This document shows positions 27,602-40,265 of a stretch of DNA of 64,000 bases, one piece after another; within the stretch, counting starts at the first letter, position 1; each line of letters starts with the position of its first letter. The stretch is from Antedon mediterranea (taxonomy: Eukaryota > Animalia > Echinodermata): the NCBI RefSeq assembly GCF_964355755.1, contig NC_092674.1, positions 5,704,001 through 5,768,000 on the forward strand, written 5' to 3'. The position numbers and the translations under genes are program-made. The notes under the pieces were generated by a model. That model worked only from the letters and a program-made list of their open reading frames with translations. It was not told where the DNA came from and did no database searches.

Positions 27602-30600
27602 TTAAGTGGGCCATGATTTTTTTAAAGGGATAAACTCTGATTCAATAAAAGTATTCAAAGGGATGTCAATTGATTGCTTTATCTGGTTTGTGTATCTAGA
27701 TTAAGATTACAAAGATTTAGTGGTCATCAAATTGTCATTATAGAGTTCTGTTTTTTATATTTATAATCGACAGAAGACCAGTGTATTGTCTGTGTAATTC
27801 TTTAAACTTAATAAAATCACTGTGGTATTAGTAAAAATGCTAACCAGATTACCTGAAGTTACCTGTATTATTTCAAAACTGAAAGTTTTCCAGATATTCT
27901 GTTTTACTGATTGGTGGGTAGACATTAAATACCACAAATTGACAATATTACAAATCATAAAACATTTCAAAGTTGTATATTAACCAATTTCCTCAGGGAT
28001 GTTATGGCACAAATTAGAAAAATAGAGAAGGCTATTGTTTTGTATCAATTTGAAACTCTATTTTTATTATTTTTAATTTCAATGACCAGGATGTTTCATT
28101 TGACCATGAAATGAGGGATGCGGTTTTTTTTATGTAAGTCCAGGGGGCAACAGCTTTGTATTTGATAGAATATATCCCAAGGGAGGATACCAACTATTTG
28201 AATTTTATCTTTTTTTTAATGGTAGTTTAAAATAGGGAGTATTTTCTTTAGAAAATGATACATTCCTTGTTATTAACCCATTTTACTTGGTAGCTTCATG
28301 CTCACTCAAGCATGAAATTGCTAGATACAGGTTTGTGATTTAATGATGTCGATGATATAATACACATCTTCAGGACTTTTTTTAATATCTTGCAGTTTTT
28401 ACCAAATAAGATTTTAAATTGTTTTCTAATTTTGCACACGTATGCAAATTACCCTGTTACTAACTTATTCTCTTTTTTGGCTACTCACTAAATATCAATA
28501 TTGTTAAATAAAAAGATAAATTTCATGCAATTTAATATAATCTTCCAGAGCTAAAAACTATACTTATATTTGATGGGATTAGTTCAAGCTTCCATATCCT
28601 GTCTTAAATAGTTAAATGTTGGCGAAGTAGGTCTCCATTGTGACTTGAACTTTACCAATTCCCACCACATTTGAGTGTTATTTGTCCCATTGAAGATTTT
28701 TTACTGTGAAGAATTTTAATTAAATGTCCTTGGATAATGTCCATGGAGAACACATTGACTTTACTAACCATGTTTGGTTGTCTACAAAACTGTGTCAAAA
28801 TGTGGCAAGGTCAAAGGTTAACAAACAAGTCTTTTTTTCCCCAAATACTAGGAAAGCCATCACAATATTTTTCTTGTTCTCGAATACAAAGAATTTCATT
28901 AAAACACTTAAAACTTGCAAACTTTTTAAGTATAGTAATAAAAAAATAGTAAAGATTGAATTTATTACTCTGAAAAAACTTTTAAAACAAATCTAATTGG
29001 AAAGATATTCTTTACATTATCCTTGTTCATATTTTTACTGAACATGCATAACATTTTGTAGTGTTGTACAACTTTACAATCACATGATATTTGATTAATT
29101 ATGGGAGGCATTGAATTACCGTTCCTCATGGGTCCCACCATGTTACGATAATACCCTCTCTGAGTTGTAATAGCTGTAATTGTAAGTGTTGAAAATTGTA
29201 GCTCCGAGGCAGGTTACAAAAGGCCTTAAATGTGGACGCCATGAGAATACAAATAAAGATTAAGATGCTCAAAATGGGAATTCCAAAGTAAACATTTGGT
29301 TTTAAGTATGTATATTGACTGTACTGTGTTTTTTATGCAGACTTTAGCAGTTCAAATATGAATTTATGCATCTGAATCCCTTGGTTAAATTTACTGGTTT
29401 TTGTTTGCTTGTTCAACACAACACATTGGAAGTGTAAATGTGGCCTAGAATCAAGGTAAAGTTCCTCCAATCAGTCACAATTGGAACTAGTTGTAAACCA
29501 GATGGTATTATTGTAATAACTGTACATATAATTACATAGCAAATGACACATCTGAACCCAAAATTGTTTTACAATGTTGCCCCAGTTAATCATATATATA
29601 TATATACATAATTCTTCCATTTGCCTAGTAAGACAGATGATTACATAATTTAAATTTTATTAAATAAAGAACGAATATATATTGAAAATTAGAGCAGTGT
29701 ATAAAAAATATAATTTTTGTGGCTTAAACTTAAAATATTTATTTAAATTCTTTTCTTCTTTTTTTTTTTTAATCTTGCAGGCTCTTATTTTCTTTTTAAA
29801 TCATAGTTATTATTTTTTTTGTCTTAGATTGATTTTCTGAAATTTGGACAAATTTAGGTTTAGAATTGAGATAGAAAAATCAAATCACATTTAAATATCA
29901 TATTATTTTTCTCCAGGGTAATTTATAATAAATCGAAGTCTGATGTATAAAATGAGAATCATCGACATTAATAACCGATATAGGAACATTATTAAAAAGC
30001 AAATATACTAGTTTATTCATCATTTCATACTTTCTCTTTTTCTATCAATCATACAAAATTAAATTTCCTTGAATTTACCATAAAGCTGATGTATATTGAT
30101 GTAATTGTAAATTTATACTTTTTCAATTTTTTTATTTTTATTTTTTTTCCAAAATGTCTTTATCTGTTATAGGTATTATATATGCTTTCCAATCATTTTC
30201 AATTTTCAGGTTTTCTTTTTATGGTTGCACATTTCTTTTGTGAGATTTTTGAAACTATACAACGTTTATTACATCCAGTGGCGAGAACCTAAAAAAATTG
30301 TTAAATGAATTTGTAAAACTTAACTGAGTGTCCTATTTTTTGCAACTGTTAGTTTCAATGGATCCTTGATGTTTGTTAGTCACTTATAAATTGTGTTTTT
30401 TGAATCGGAGAATGTTGAGATTGGTGGGTGGAGGGTTGAACTGAAAGCGTAACTGTACAGTGCTACTCTACAACACTGTAATGCTAAATTAACTAAATAT
30501 ATAACTCTATATGGTTTTTAGAATAATTAAGTTACACAAATCAATCAATTCATTCTGTGATTAAACACTATAGTTTATTAATGTGAGCTGTTGCTTGCCA

Positions 30601-31917
30601 ATAAATAATAATTAACATTTACATGAGTGTCTACCATGTAGTATGCTTTCTTAAACAGATGTTATAATATATTTCCAAATTAAAATTTACAATAAAGAAA
30701 CATCGGTCTGACTAAGTGGCTTGCGAAAGAAATCAAAAGTGAATTTTTCCTTTGGGGTTTAGTGTTGGTTATCGATTATGTATCGTTAATGTATTCTTCG
30801 TAATGTATTCTTCTGATTTTTTTTGCGAGTGAAATTTACGTAATCATAATTCATAGCGATAAGCAATTTCTACTACAACTACTACTAAATTGATTTCTGC
30901 TTGTTTTCAATTTAGTTTTAACCGCTCCCTAAAGGTATCGGTTGAACCTCGGCATGTACTTTATATTCGTATATGATTCATGAATACACAATTTTCCTGA
31001 TCTCAAGATTTATGTCTTCATGTGTTTATTAAGAAAGAAAAAATATGACAAAATAATGATGATTAATTTCTGGTTATTATCAGTAAAATGGTTGTTTTTG
31101 TTTCTTATTCTCAAGGACATTGTGTCCTCTAGACTGTACTAATAATTATATAATCATGAAAATATTGTCTTTATTAGTAATTTAACTATTCTCATCAATT
31201 CCTAGTTAAAAACCAATTGTTGTTTCATTCAGATTCAAATTAAATGTATTGTTATAAATACACATACAAATTACAATGCAGTTTGAACAATTTTATGAAT
31301 AATAACAAATTATAATACAGATTAAAACAAAAACATTAAACTTTTTCTGTACATATATTTGGACAAAACTTAGGGGGTAGGATTAGCGAATTGCATTAAC
31401 AATTGAGCAAAGTATAGTGTCTATTGTACATAGACATTATGTAGCCATCTTTCACTAGCATTGGATTACTTGGTTGCATACAATTTCAATATGATAACTA
31501 TAATTATTATATTGTGCAGTGTTTTTAAATATATAGTAACTCAAAATGTGCAAAGAACCCATCATTTCAGAATGAAAGCCAAGCACCTTAATCACTATAC
31601 CACTATTTGTTATTATTCAATGCATTGTTTTCCCTATTTACTAAGAGTAAACATCAATTATTTACAGCACTAAAAATTAATTTAAAATTGATTTGTTTGT
31701 CATGATTCTAGCGTCGGCAATCAATAATTAAAAGGATTAGGTAATGAAGCAGTAAAATTCAAACTGTTCTCTTGTTTCTCAAATACAAGAAAGTGATATA
31801 ATATCTCTGTGGGGTTGGTGCCGATACCAGCAAATCACACATTTTATTTCTCGTCAATGCGGTACCTTTATGTTCTAGTGTTAAATTAATCAAATATTTA
31901 TTCTATATATGGATTAT

Positions 31918-33258
31918 CAGGGCATCACGTATGCAAAACCCAGGAGAGCAACAAATCGCTCTCCTCAAATCACCGAGGAGAGCAATTCGCTCTCCTTGCA
32001 AAAATTTTAAATCGCTCTCCTCAAATATTTATGTTGAAGTAGAAGGATGGTCGCCCTTATTAAAAATGGCTGGCCCTTATTAATTTTTTGTACACATTTT
32101 TTTGCCCGACAGGGGATAACACCCCCCCCCCCCCCCCCCCCGCCGGGCACAACAAATGTATACTGTACCTCTCCCCTAAAATCCCCCACACCCACCTTTA
32201 CACACAATATTTTCCGTGGGGATCGTATTCTACAGTACAAAAAACTCAAGCCAATTTTTTTTTTATGGCCTGCCTGGGTAGATTGGGTTTCAGGAGCCTG
32301 GAGAATCCTGTCCTGGCCAACTATATGCCTTTATCTTTATTAGCCTAGCTTTTCTAGCCTAGCTTGTTGGCCTAGAAATCAGACAGAAAACCTGAAAAGT
32401 ATTTACCTGCAATTCATAAATTATACAATTCTAACATGCAACGGCCATTAAAATATTGATAATAAGTTACAAAGTGTCATTTTAAAATAATTAAGAAAGA
32501 TATTTGATCGTGTTTACATGTGTCACACATGGGCGCACGCACAATAGGGGAGGGCTGAGAGAGAACTTCTAGAAGATGCTGACGTCACACATCAGCACGT
32601 GTTTTGAGGAGGATTTGAGTGACCAAAATTGGTTAGAACTTTCGAAGAAATAATCCATCTTCAAAATGACATAATTAAAGCAACCAGCAGCTAAGCTTTT
32701 TTAAATAATAAACATTATATTTAGGCCTCCTATATTAATGTTTCCTTTTAAAATTAAATATATTTTATTAACTCGTTCCATAAAAACATAAAGGGAAAAA
32801 TTATTGGTTGGGACATGATCTTCCTGTAAAGGAGGTGTTTCTATGACACCGTACTGGTTGCACTATGAGGCGATGAAGTAAACTCGCCCTTGAATGCGCG
32901 CAGGCAGGGGAATCCCCTTTGTTGGTACCTCGCACTACTGTGTGAGATGGAGCGCGATGAATTGCTCTCCTTTTCGAAGGTTGTTGATTGCGATCGAGCT
33001 CGTGATCCTTAAAAACGAGGGACTGCCATTAGGCTTGTAGCTTTATAACTTAGCTTATATATTATTAGCCTAGGCCTAGATTGGTTTTAACTTTTAAAAA
33101 TCCACGTGTTTTTAGGCCTCTTGACAGAAAAATCAACACTGTCAAAAGCTAGGCTCTATTTTGAAAATTAAGGAGCGCGATAAATTGCTCTCCTCAAAGC
33201 CTGTTGAGGAGCGCGGAGGAGCGCGGTCGCGCAGGCGCTCCTTATAAATGATGCCCTG
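31918..33258. mobile_element. 1.34-kb non-autonomous hAT-like DNA transposon
   Basis: TIR cagggcatca / tgatgccctg; subterminal aggag(a/c)gc / gctc(t)cct repeats at both ends; direct repeat gattat at 31912-31917 and 33259-33264; GC/CpG-richer than flanks; internal C20 run at 32122-32141. Confidence 0.88.
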
Positions 33259-33380
33259 GATTATATTAGTTTAATGTGTTTAGTATCGGTATAATGTGTA
33301 AAAACCTTACGATTGTGAAATCACAGAAACGAAATTGTACTGTATTTGAATTTTAAAAGGAAAAGATGATAGTTTAACCA

Positions 33381-33662
33381 CTATTTAGGGACACCTTCAG
33401 GATCCAACAAAATGTCCCCTTAATAGGGTGTCACATACATTGCACCTCATTCATTTTAACAAAAAGTTTCCTCTTAACCTCTGTCTACACTATCAAACTA
33501 GTTTGTGTGATGTGCCCAAATATGGTAGTGATTTGCTTAATAATAGTGATATGACATCATTATGTCTATATATGGGCACATCACATTTTTGTGATCACAT
33601 ATAGTTTGATAGTGTAGACAAAGCTTTAGTCTTAATAGAGCTTTCCACTGAATAGTACTGTC
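33381..33662. mobile_element. Decayed pogo/Tigger-like MITE interrupted by MITE family A copy 5
   Basis: ctatttagggacacc..tgtccccttaatagggtgtc before the nested element and cttaatagag...ctgaatag..tgtcc after it. Confidence 0.5.
33477..33625 (+). mobile_element. MITE family A, copy 5
   Basis: tta|acctctgtctacactatcaaacta ... agtttgatagtgtagacaaagct|tta, with TTA TSD. Confidence 0.92.
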
Positions 33663-36592
33663 CTGACAAAGGAGAAAAAGAGCAACCTATTGTGAAAACA
33701 AAGGTTGTGAAAGATTTGTTTTAAAACCCTCTTAAATATGACTGGTGATACCCACCAGAGGAGTTTAACATCCTAACATTGGTTTTATCCTAATATAAAA
33801 TTAAACTATAAAATATATTAGTACTTCAAATTATTACTAAACTTTAATAACAGACTGATATTAAAATTAACTTAATAGAATAATAGATCAAAATGAAATG
33901 GATTATTTGATTTCAATCTAAAATCTTCAAACATCAAGTACTAGAAATAAATCCTAAAGATATAAGCTTACTAGAGTACAAATGAAATACAATCATGAAC
34001 TTGAATAACAGGGGGAGTATGTCCTCTTAATACAATGATCCAATTTACTAGTTGAACATTCAATAAGTGATATGCTTCCTAATTAAGCAGATTGAATTTT
34101 ATCTGGGTAAACGTAATTAATTTTCAATAATTGAACAAAGAATATTGACCCTGAGCTTATACTATCTTGATGATTGGAAAGGAAATCACTTAAATAGTAT
34201 TACCTATTTAAACTATTACTGAATAAGTATGTTGTTTTCTACTTTAATCAAACAATTAGATGGTTATTCTGCTCCGATCAGTCAAAGTAGGTTTAGGTTT
34301 GTTTTGTTTGGCAATGGTTGACTATTCAGAAAAAAAGGAGGTAAAAGAAAATAATTTGAGTGTATTGTCAAGTCAAGTATTGTATCTGTATCTGTATTGA
34401 TATCCAGTCACAGAATTGTCATTTTTCAGAATTTTCCACTGGAGAAATTATATAGTCTGAATTTTGTCCAAGTAAAGGGCTGGTTTTTGCCTGAAAGCTC
34501 TGCTAAATTTTCTGGCTCTTTTTGACCTTATCGTTATAGCTTTCTGCTTATTTTATTTTGTATCTCCATTGAAATCCAGCCACTGATACCCACATCATTG
34601 CCATTTTTTCTAGTATTTTGCCTTTGGATTTATTTTAAATAGTCATGAGATTAGAAACAAAAAACAGGGTCATATTTAATAGTTAAAGATGGTTTACCAG
34701 TTAAAACATGATTATTAAAGCTTATAAGAACATGTGTTTAATCCAGTGACCCTTTGAAAAGTCCAATTTTCAAAATACAAAATAAAACACATTATATAGC
34801 AGAATAAAAGTTCATTTGCTTTTTTGTGAGTGTAAACATTTTAAATTTCTCTGACACTGATGATTCATATGTACCAAGTTTCTCACAAAACGTACTTTTG
34901 GGAACAAATATATCTTTTCGCAACGTTTCAAGTGGAAGTCACACACTTAGCTCCTCCTTTGTCTCGTCAATTTATCCCGAGCCGACGATATCGTTAAGTG
35001 GATTTACTAAATACAAGATGACTGGACCCTAGATTTAGTCTTTAAAGTATTCTGAGTCACTTGAGAAAAACCAGCAGATGGAAATACATGAAACAGAGTT
35101 CAGAAAGGTGTCATGCCAACAAATGTTTTTCGAAGCAAAAGTTGAAATTATTTATTTATTTCTGCATTTAAAAGACATTATTTGTAAATGCAAATGATGA
35201 AAACAAATTAAGTTTTATATTAGGAGGAGAGTCTGTTCCTTTTTCTAATAAATCATATAACTCATTTGTTAAATTTTGTAAAAAAATATTTAAGTTCTGC
35301 ATGGGAGAAACGATCCTCTTTAAAGTACTCCCAACGATTAATTTATTGTATTGTTGCTTGTAAATACTGTAGTTTATAGTTAATTTTGTTTTTGTTTGCT
35401 TAGTTTAGTTTAGTTATTCATGTCTTTTTTTTTCTATCATGTTCTGCTTTGTTTGCTAGACCGCACCGCATATTGTAAGTGCCACTGATACAAAGGTGTA
35501 TATGGTCAACAAATAAATAAATAAAAAATATAGAAGATAGTTAGTTAGGGTGATGTTTTTCACTCTTACAAATTTCACATCTTAATTTATTTACTAGTAA
35601 ACATGAGGTTTGAAAAAGCTTTATTATTACAGAAACAAAAAATGCAAGTTTTTTTGTTTTTTTGACTACTGGTGTTTTCCAATATGTCAAATCATTACCT
35701 GAGAATGTTCAGTGTGGCATTTCTTTAATATGAGATTGGTAATACAGTCACAGAAGCCTTCATTATGTCAATTTAAGTGATTACCATACTGTACTTAATA
35801 TTATGACAAATTTCTGAGAAATTTGTGTTATTCTGTCCAAATCATTCAAGATTTCTTGCATAAATGCAAATTTCTTCACATGTTCATGTTTCTGTCGTTA
35901 TTTTGGTTAATTCTTGAACGTTTCAACCGTCATTACATTTTAAGTTTTAAATGTTATATGTCTGAATCTGTAAGGCTTAGCATAGGTCTTTTATTTTAAA
36001 CATCAACAACAATGTTATAAGAAATAGAAATTAACTCAAGGGAAAACATTTATAAAAAGAAATAAAATGTTTATGTTGAAATATCACTGTCCTGATCGAC
36101 TATTCTAAGAAAATTTAGAAACCATTTCTTACATTGTTTGAACTGAAAACCACTGAAGCATTATATTTAAATTAGGGTACTAATTGTTATATAACAAAAC
36201 AATAGGAACAATAGAAAAATAAACAGTTTTATTGATAAAGTGTTTTGGGGATGTTCAGAAGCTTGCTTTTATAATTAATTTAGCTTTAGTTCAGTACTGT
36301 TTGGAAGTTGTGTCAGGTTGGAACAAAAACAGTTATATTATAAGAAACAGGGTTACAGTAATTATATTGATTAATTCATTCATCATTCAATTTTTATGTT
36401 TTTTAAAAAATATTTCTAAAAGTTTCATATACATAATCATTACAATAAACTTTTTTTGAAAGTTTTTAGGTGGTTATTTAAAAGATTTATTTTAAATCTT
36501 GTGGTCAGTTTGAGGAAGCGATTAAAATCTGTATTGTTTCCTGACAATGGTATGGGATGTTCGGACTTAACTGATGTAATTTATTCTTTCAG

Positions 36593-36662
36593 GTTTGACG
36601 AGAGTGAAAGATTGAATGAGGAAGACATTTTGATGTCAATTTTTACACAATATATTTCAAAG
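36593..36662 (+). other. Candidate 70-nt exon, probably 5' UTR
   Basis: Branch-like cttaac, acceptor ttattctttcag|G and donor AAAG|gtaaga. Purine-rich body with one open frame FDESERLNEEDILMSIFTQYISK. Confidence 0.55.
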
Positions 36663-37273
36663 GTAAGATGAAATTATTATCTTGTTGGTGTAATAATAAG
36701 TTTTTTTTATTTGTCTTCCTGTCAAATTTTGTTGGAAAATTGCAATCAGAATTGTCTTAATTATTTAGGAGTATATACTGTCTATTTGGCTTTTAAAATC
36801 ATTGGTTGGCAATTATAAAGAAATATATGGTATATATTACTATACACCACAAACATTTTTATTAAATTTCAAATGTTTTTTATAGTTATTGAGTCTATAA
36901 ATCATTCTCCTCAACGATTAATTATAATTTTCTTTAAAAGAGTTTAATGTTCAGTGGCCTGACCACACTGATGAACCAAGGTAAAATACATCAATTTTCA
37001 TTGCCAGAGGTTTATAATTTCTATGGTAACCAAATGAGTTCAAGATTTTCTAGCCAGCTGTATCTGAATGCTTTAGGTGGTTTGATATTTTTAAAGCATT
37101 AAACAGTAAACTTTCTAATGAAGAGAAATGTATGTGTCCATGTGTTTCTTTTTTATTTATTTTTTTTGGGTGCGATTGCTTAACATTTCCAGAGGGCAGC
37201 CCTTTGTACTCATATATTCAGAAATTCCAGTTCAGCTGGACCAACAGTCTTTAAGGTTATTTATTGTACCTAA

Positions 37274-37451
37274 AGCTCTGTCTACAATATCATACTTTAT
37301 GTGACAAAAAAGTGTGATGTACCCAAATATGGTAGTGATATGCTTAAATATGGTATTGATATGACCATGGATATGACATCATCATGTCCATATATGGGCA
37401 CATCACATTTTTTTTCACATAAAGTTTGATACTGATAGTATAGACATAGCT
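37274..37451 (+). mobile_element. MITE family A, copy 6
   Basis: taa|agctctgtctacaatatc ... gatagtatagacatagct, with internal aaatatggtagtgatat units. Confidence 0.9.
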
Positions 37452-38171
37452 AAAAATAAGTGGTTTTTCTTGTCTATCACATTTCCTGCCCCTTGTTTAG
37501 TGCACATAACTTCACATAACATACCAAGAACATTGTAAAGTTTCATCCCATGGTTTTGTTGTTCCTGTGGGCGTAGGGCACATAGCTTGAACTGAGGATA
37601 CCTGTCAACATACTACACAGTCTGGTATTCATTATGAGCCCTGACTAGTCACCATGATTGATTGCTCAAGCAGATTGCTTACTCTGGGCTGTAAACAGAG
37701 GCAAAGTTTTTATCACCAGCCATTTGAGAGGAGGATACACTACGTGACACATATTGAAAATATTTCACAGTAGCCTACTAGGAAATTATAGTGGGAAAGT
37801 GATAACTTTTAGGATATATAAAACTAGTTTTTAATTAAGGTGAGTAATTAAAACTATTGTTGAGATGTAATATAAACAATTCCCACTTACTATCCATTTT
37901 ATAATAAGCATGTTACATTTATTATACACATGTCATGTTTTGTTGATACACTCGGTACACACTGTGCTTTACGTCATTTGTAGATCAAACAATTGACAAA
38001 AAGGGAATTTATCAAAGAAAGTCTTTACAGTACAGTATATTGTGATAGAATTAGTACTACAGTAGGCTACTGTGTATAGTATAGTATGGGAAAGTTACTG
38101 TACTGTATTTGTATATACAGTTGTCAGTAGTCGACAGTACTGTTCCATTCCAGCAAGGAAAATTTGAACTT

Positions 38172-38346
38172 CAGGGAATAATTTCGCCAGTGTAGCATAG
38201 CAAAAAACTATACAAAACAACCTTCTTGCTACACATTTCTACAATTGTGTAGCAAAATATACGATAGAAAACTATGTTTCTCGACTCAAAAATCAGTTTT
38301 ATTAGCAATATTGCTAAACAAAATTTTAAGATGAAATTTTTCCCTG
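38172..38346. mobile_element. 175-bp hAT-like MITE
   Basis: 14-bp TIR cagggaataatttc / gaaatttttccctg (1 mismatch); direct repeat aactt at 38167-38171 and 38347-38351. Confidence 0.78.
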
Positions 38347-38693
38347 AACTTTATGAAAAATATAGATAGAAGTACCGTATAGGAAAACAATATTTTCATT
38401 GTGATTTTACATTTTTAGAGAATTTTTTCTTCAACTTCAAAATATGTAAACCTACGAAAAGGGTATAAATTAGATATCATCGGTGTCAGTTGTTGCATTT
38501 GTAATAAAATTGGTCTTAACTTGATAAAGGAGTTGACTTAACAGTGCAGTGGTGATTTAATGGTTATGTCATGATGCTTTTGTCTTGCACTACACTTTAT
38601 TCCCTTGTAATTGCTGCAGATTACATACAGTGTAAAGATACAGTAGGAGATAATCTAACATTTGCCATTAAAAACATTGCTTGAAAACTCTCT

Positions 38694-40265
38694 ATTGTTG
38701 CTGCTAATTTGCTGGAACACTATGCAATGATTATAGTTGAGCTATCTTGAATGCAGTATCTGTGCTCTGGTGTGGACCAGGACTACTTTGACATATCATG
38801 TGTGTTATCACATACAGTATCTGTTGTTGTGTACTACTGTATTGTACTATCTTCCGTTGTGAACTAGAGTCATTATTGTTGCATACACTCTATACAGTAC
38901 AATTTAAGGTACATTTTAGAAATCTTCTTCTTTTCATTTATTTTTTAATTAAATATTTGCTAGTTTAAGTAATTTCTTCCCAATTAGAAAAATGGTAACC
39001 TGTAGTAAATTCATACATTTAATATTCAGTAGCAACCAATGCTACCTTATTTGATAAGCAGTAGAATCTTTTGTATGTTGAAATGGTTGCATAGCAGAGA
39101 AAAAAATCTTTTTTTTTTAATTCCCAGACAATTGGTGATGAAATCCAGACACTCCATGCTTAGAAATTTGGTTAACCATTTCTTAAAATCAAATTCATAT
39201 TCATAGATTGTGGCCCATATTACAAAAAAAACCTATACCTTTGAAATTTCAGTTTCTTATTAAGTCTGACAGACGTCCAATCTTGGATCTAACCAGGTAA
39301 CTTCCCCTGGGATGTGTTTATAAAAACTAAACTTCTGGAACGACAAATTTGTAACCAAGTTTTGTAAAGTCCAAAATTAAGAATTAAGTTTCCTCAAAGG
39401 GGACATGATCAGAGACCATCATCCAAATGTTTCAAAGATAAAATAATTTGAAACCTAGCCCCCTTAGGGTGTTCTGCCCCAGCTGCTTAGATTGTGTTAT
39501 CCAGAGAAGGATATGCTTGATGACACATTGTTCCGTTCTTACAACAACCAGCATTTAAGCAACTCTTTTCATTTTTTTATCTTTCATTTCATCTAATCGT
39601 TTTACTATGTTTGGTAAAATAAAGCTTTTTATCCTGGGGGAACCGTACTTTAACTGTGTTTTGATAAGCTATTGCTAGGATACTATGCAGACATGTTTTT
39701 TAAGTGCAAGTTCTTTATGTAATTTGACAAGAAAACATAATTCTGTATTGTTACATCATACACTGTACTGTATATACCTACGAAATGGACAGTATTCACA
39801 ATGGCCATCTCAACCTCATACTGTTACTAGGCCTACAGTAGTTTTAACAAGATTTAGATATCCTGCCCGAAATAGTCTTTCATCAGCGTCCCATTAGCAA
39901 TTACGGTACCGTAGTGTACCTATTTTGAAGTCTACAGTTTCATGACCTAATTTCAGAGGTACAAGGGAGGCTTCTGAACATCTGTCTCAACATACATCAA
40001 AACAAACTAAACATCCTAAAGTTGAGCAATCGGCGACATTGGCGTCACAATCGATGTTGTCCTGTTACCTAAAAAGGATATGACATGGGACACATGTTTA
40101 ACGAACTGATCTGGTATTTATCTGACAATTATTAGCACTTCTTGATCTATATTATCCTGTCTGGGTCTAATTTTATTACAGGACTACTGTACTGTACCCT
40201 TTAATTTAAAGCCTCTCCACTAAAACTTTCCTCCAATCGCCAACTACAGTAGTACAGTACTGTAG
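38694..40265. repeat. Tandem duplication, unit 1 (1572 bp)
   Basis: Sequence recurs at offset 1572 (identical ORFs at 39685 and 41257). Lacks the 159-bp segment found in unit 2. Confidence 0.96.

Noticed and set aside
32007-32348. Poly-Pro / poly-Gly ORFs
   Set aside because: They arise from the C20 homopolymer inside a non-autonomous transposon; no transposase motifs are visible.
34826-35032. Ser-rich 68-aa ORF
   Set aside because: GTG start, no convincing splice sites and no recognisable motif.
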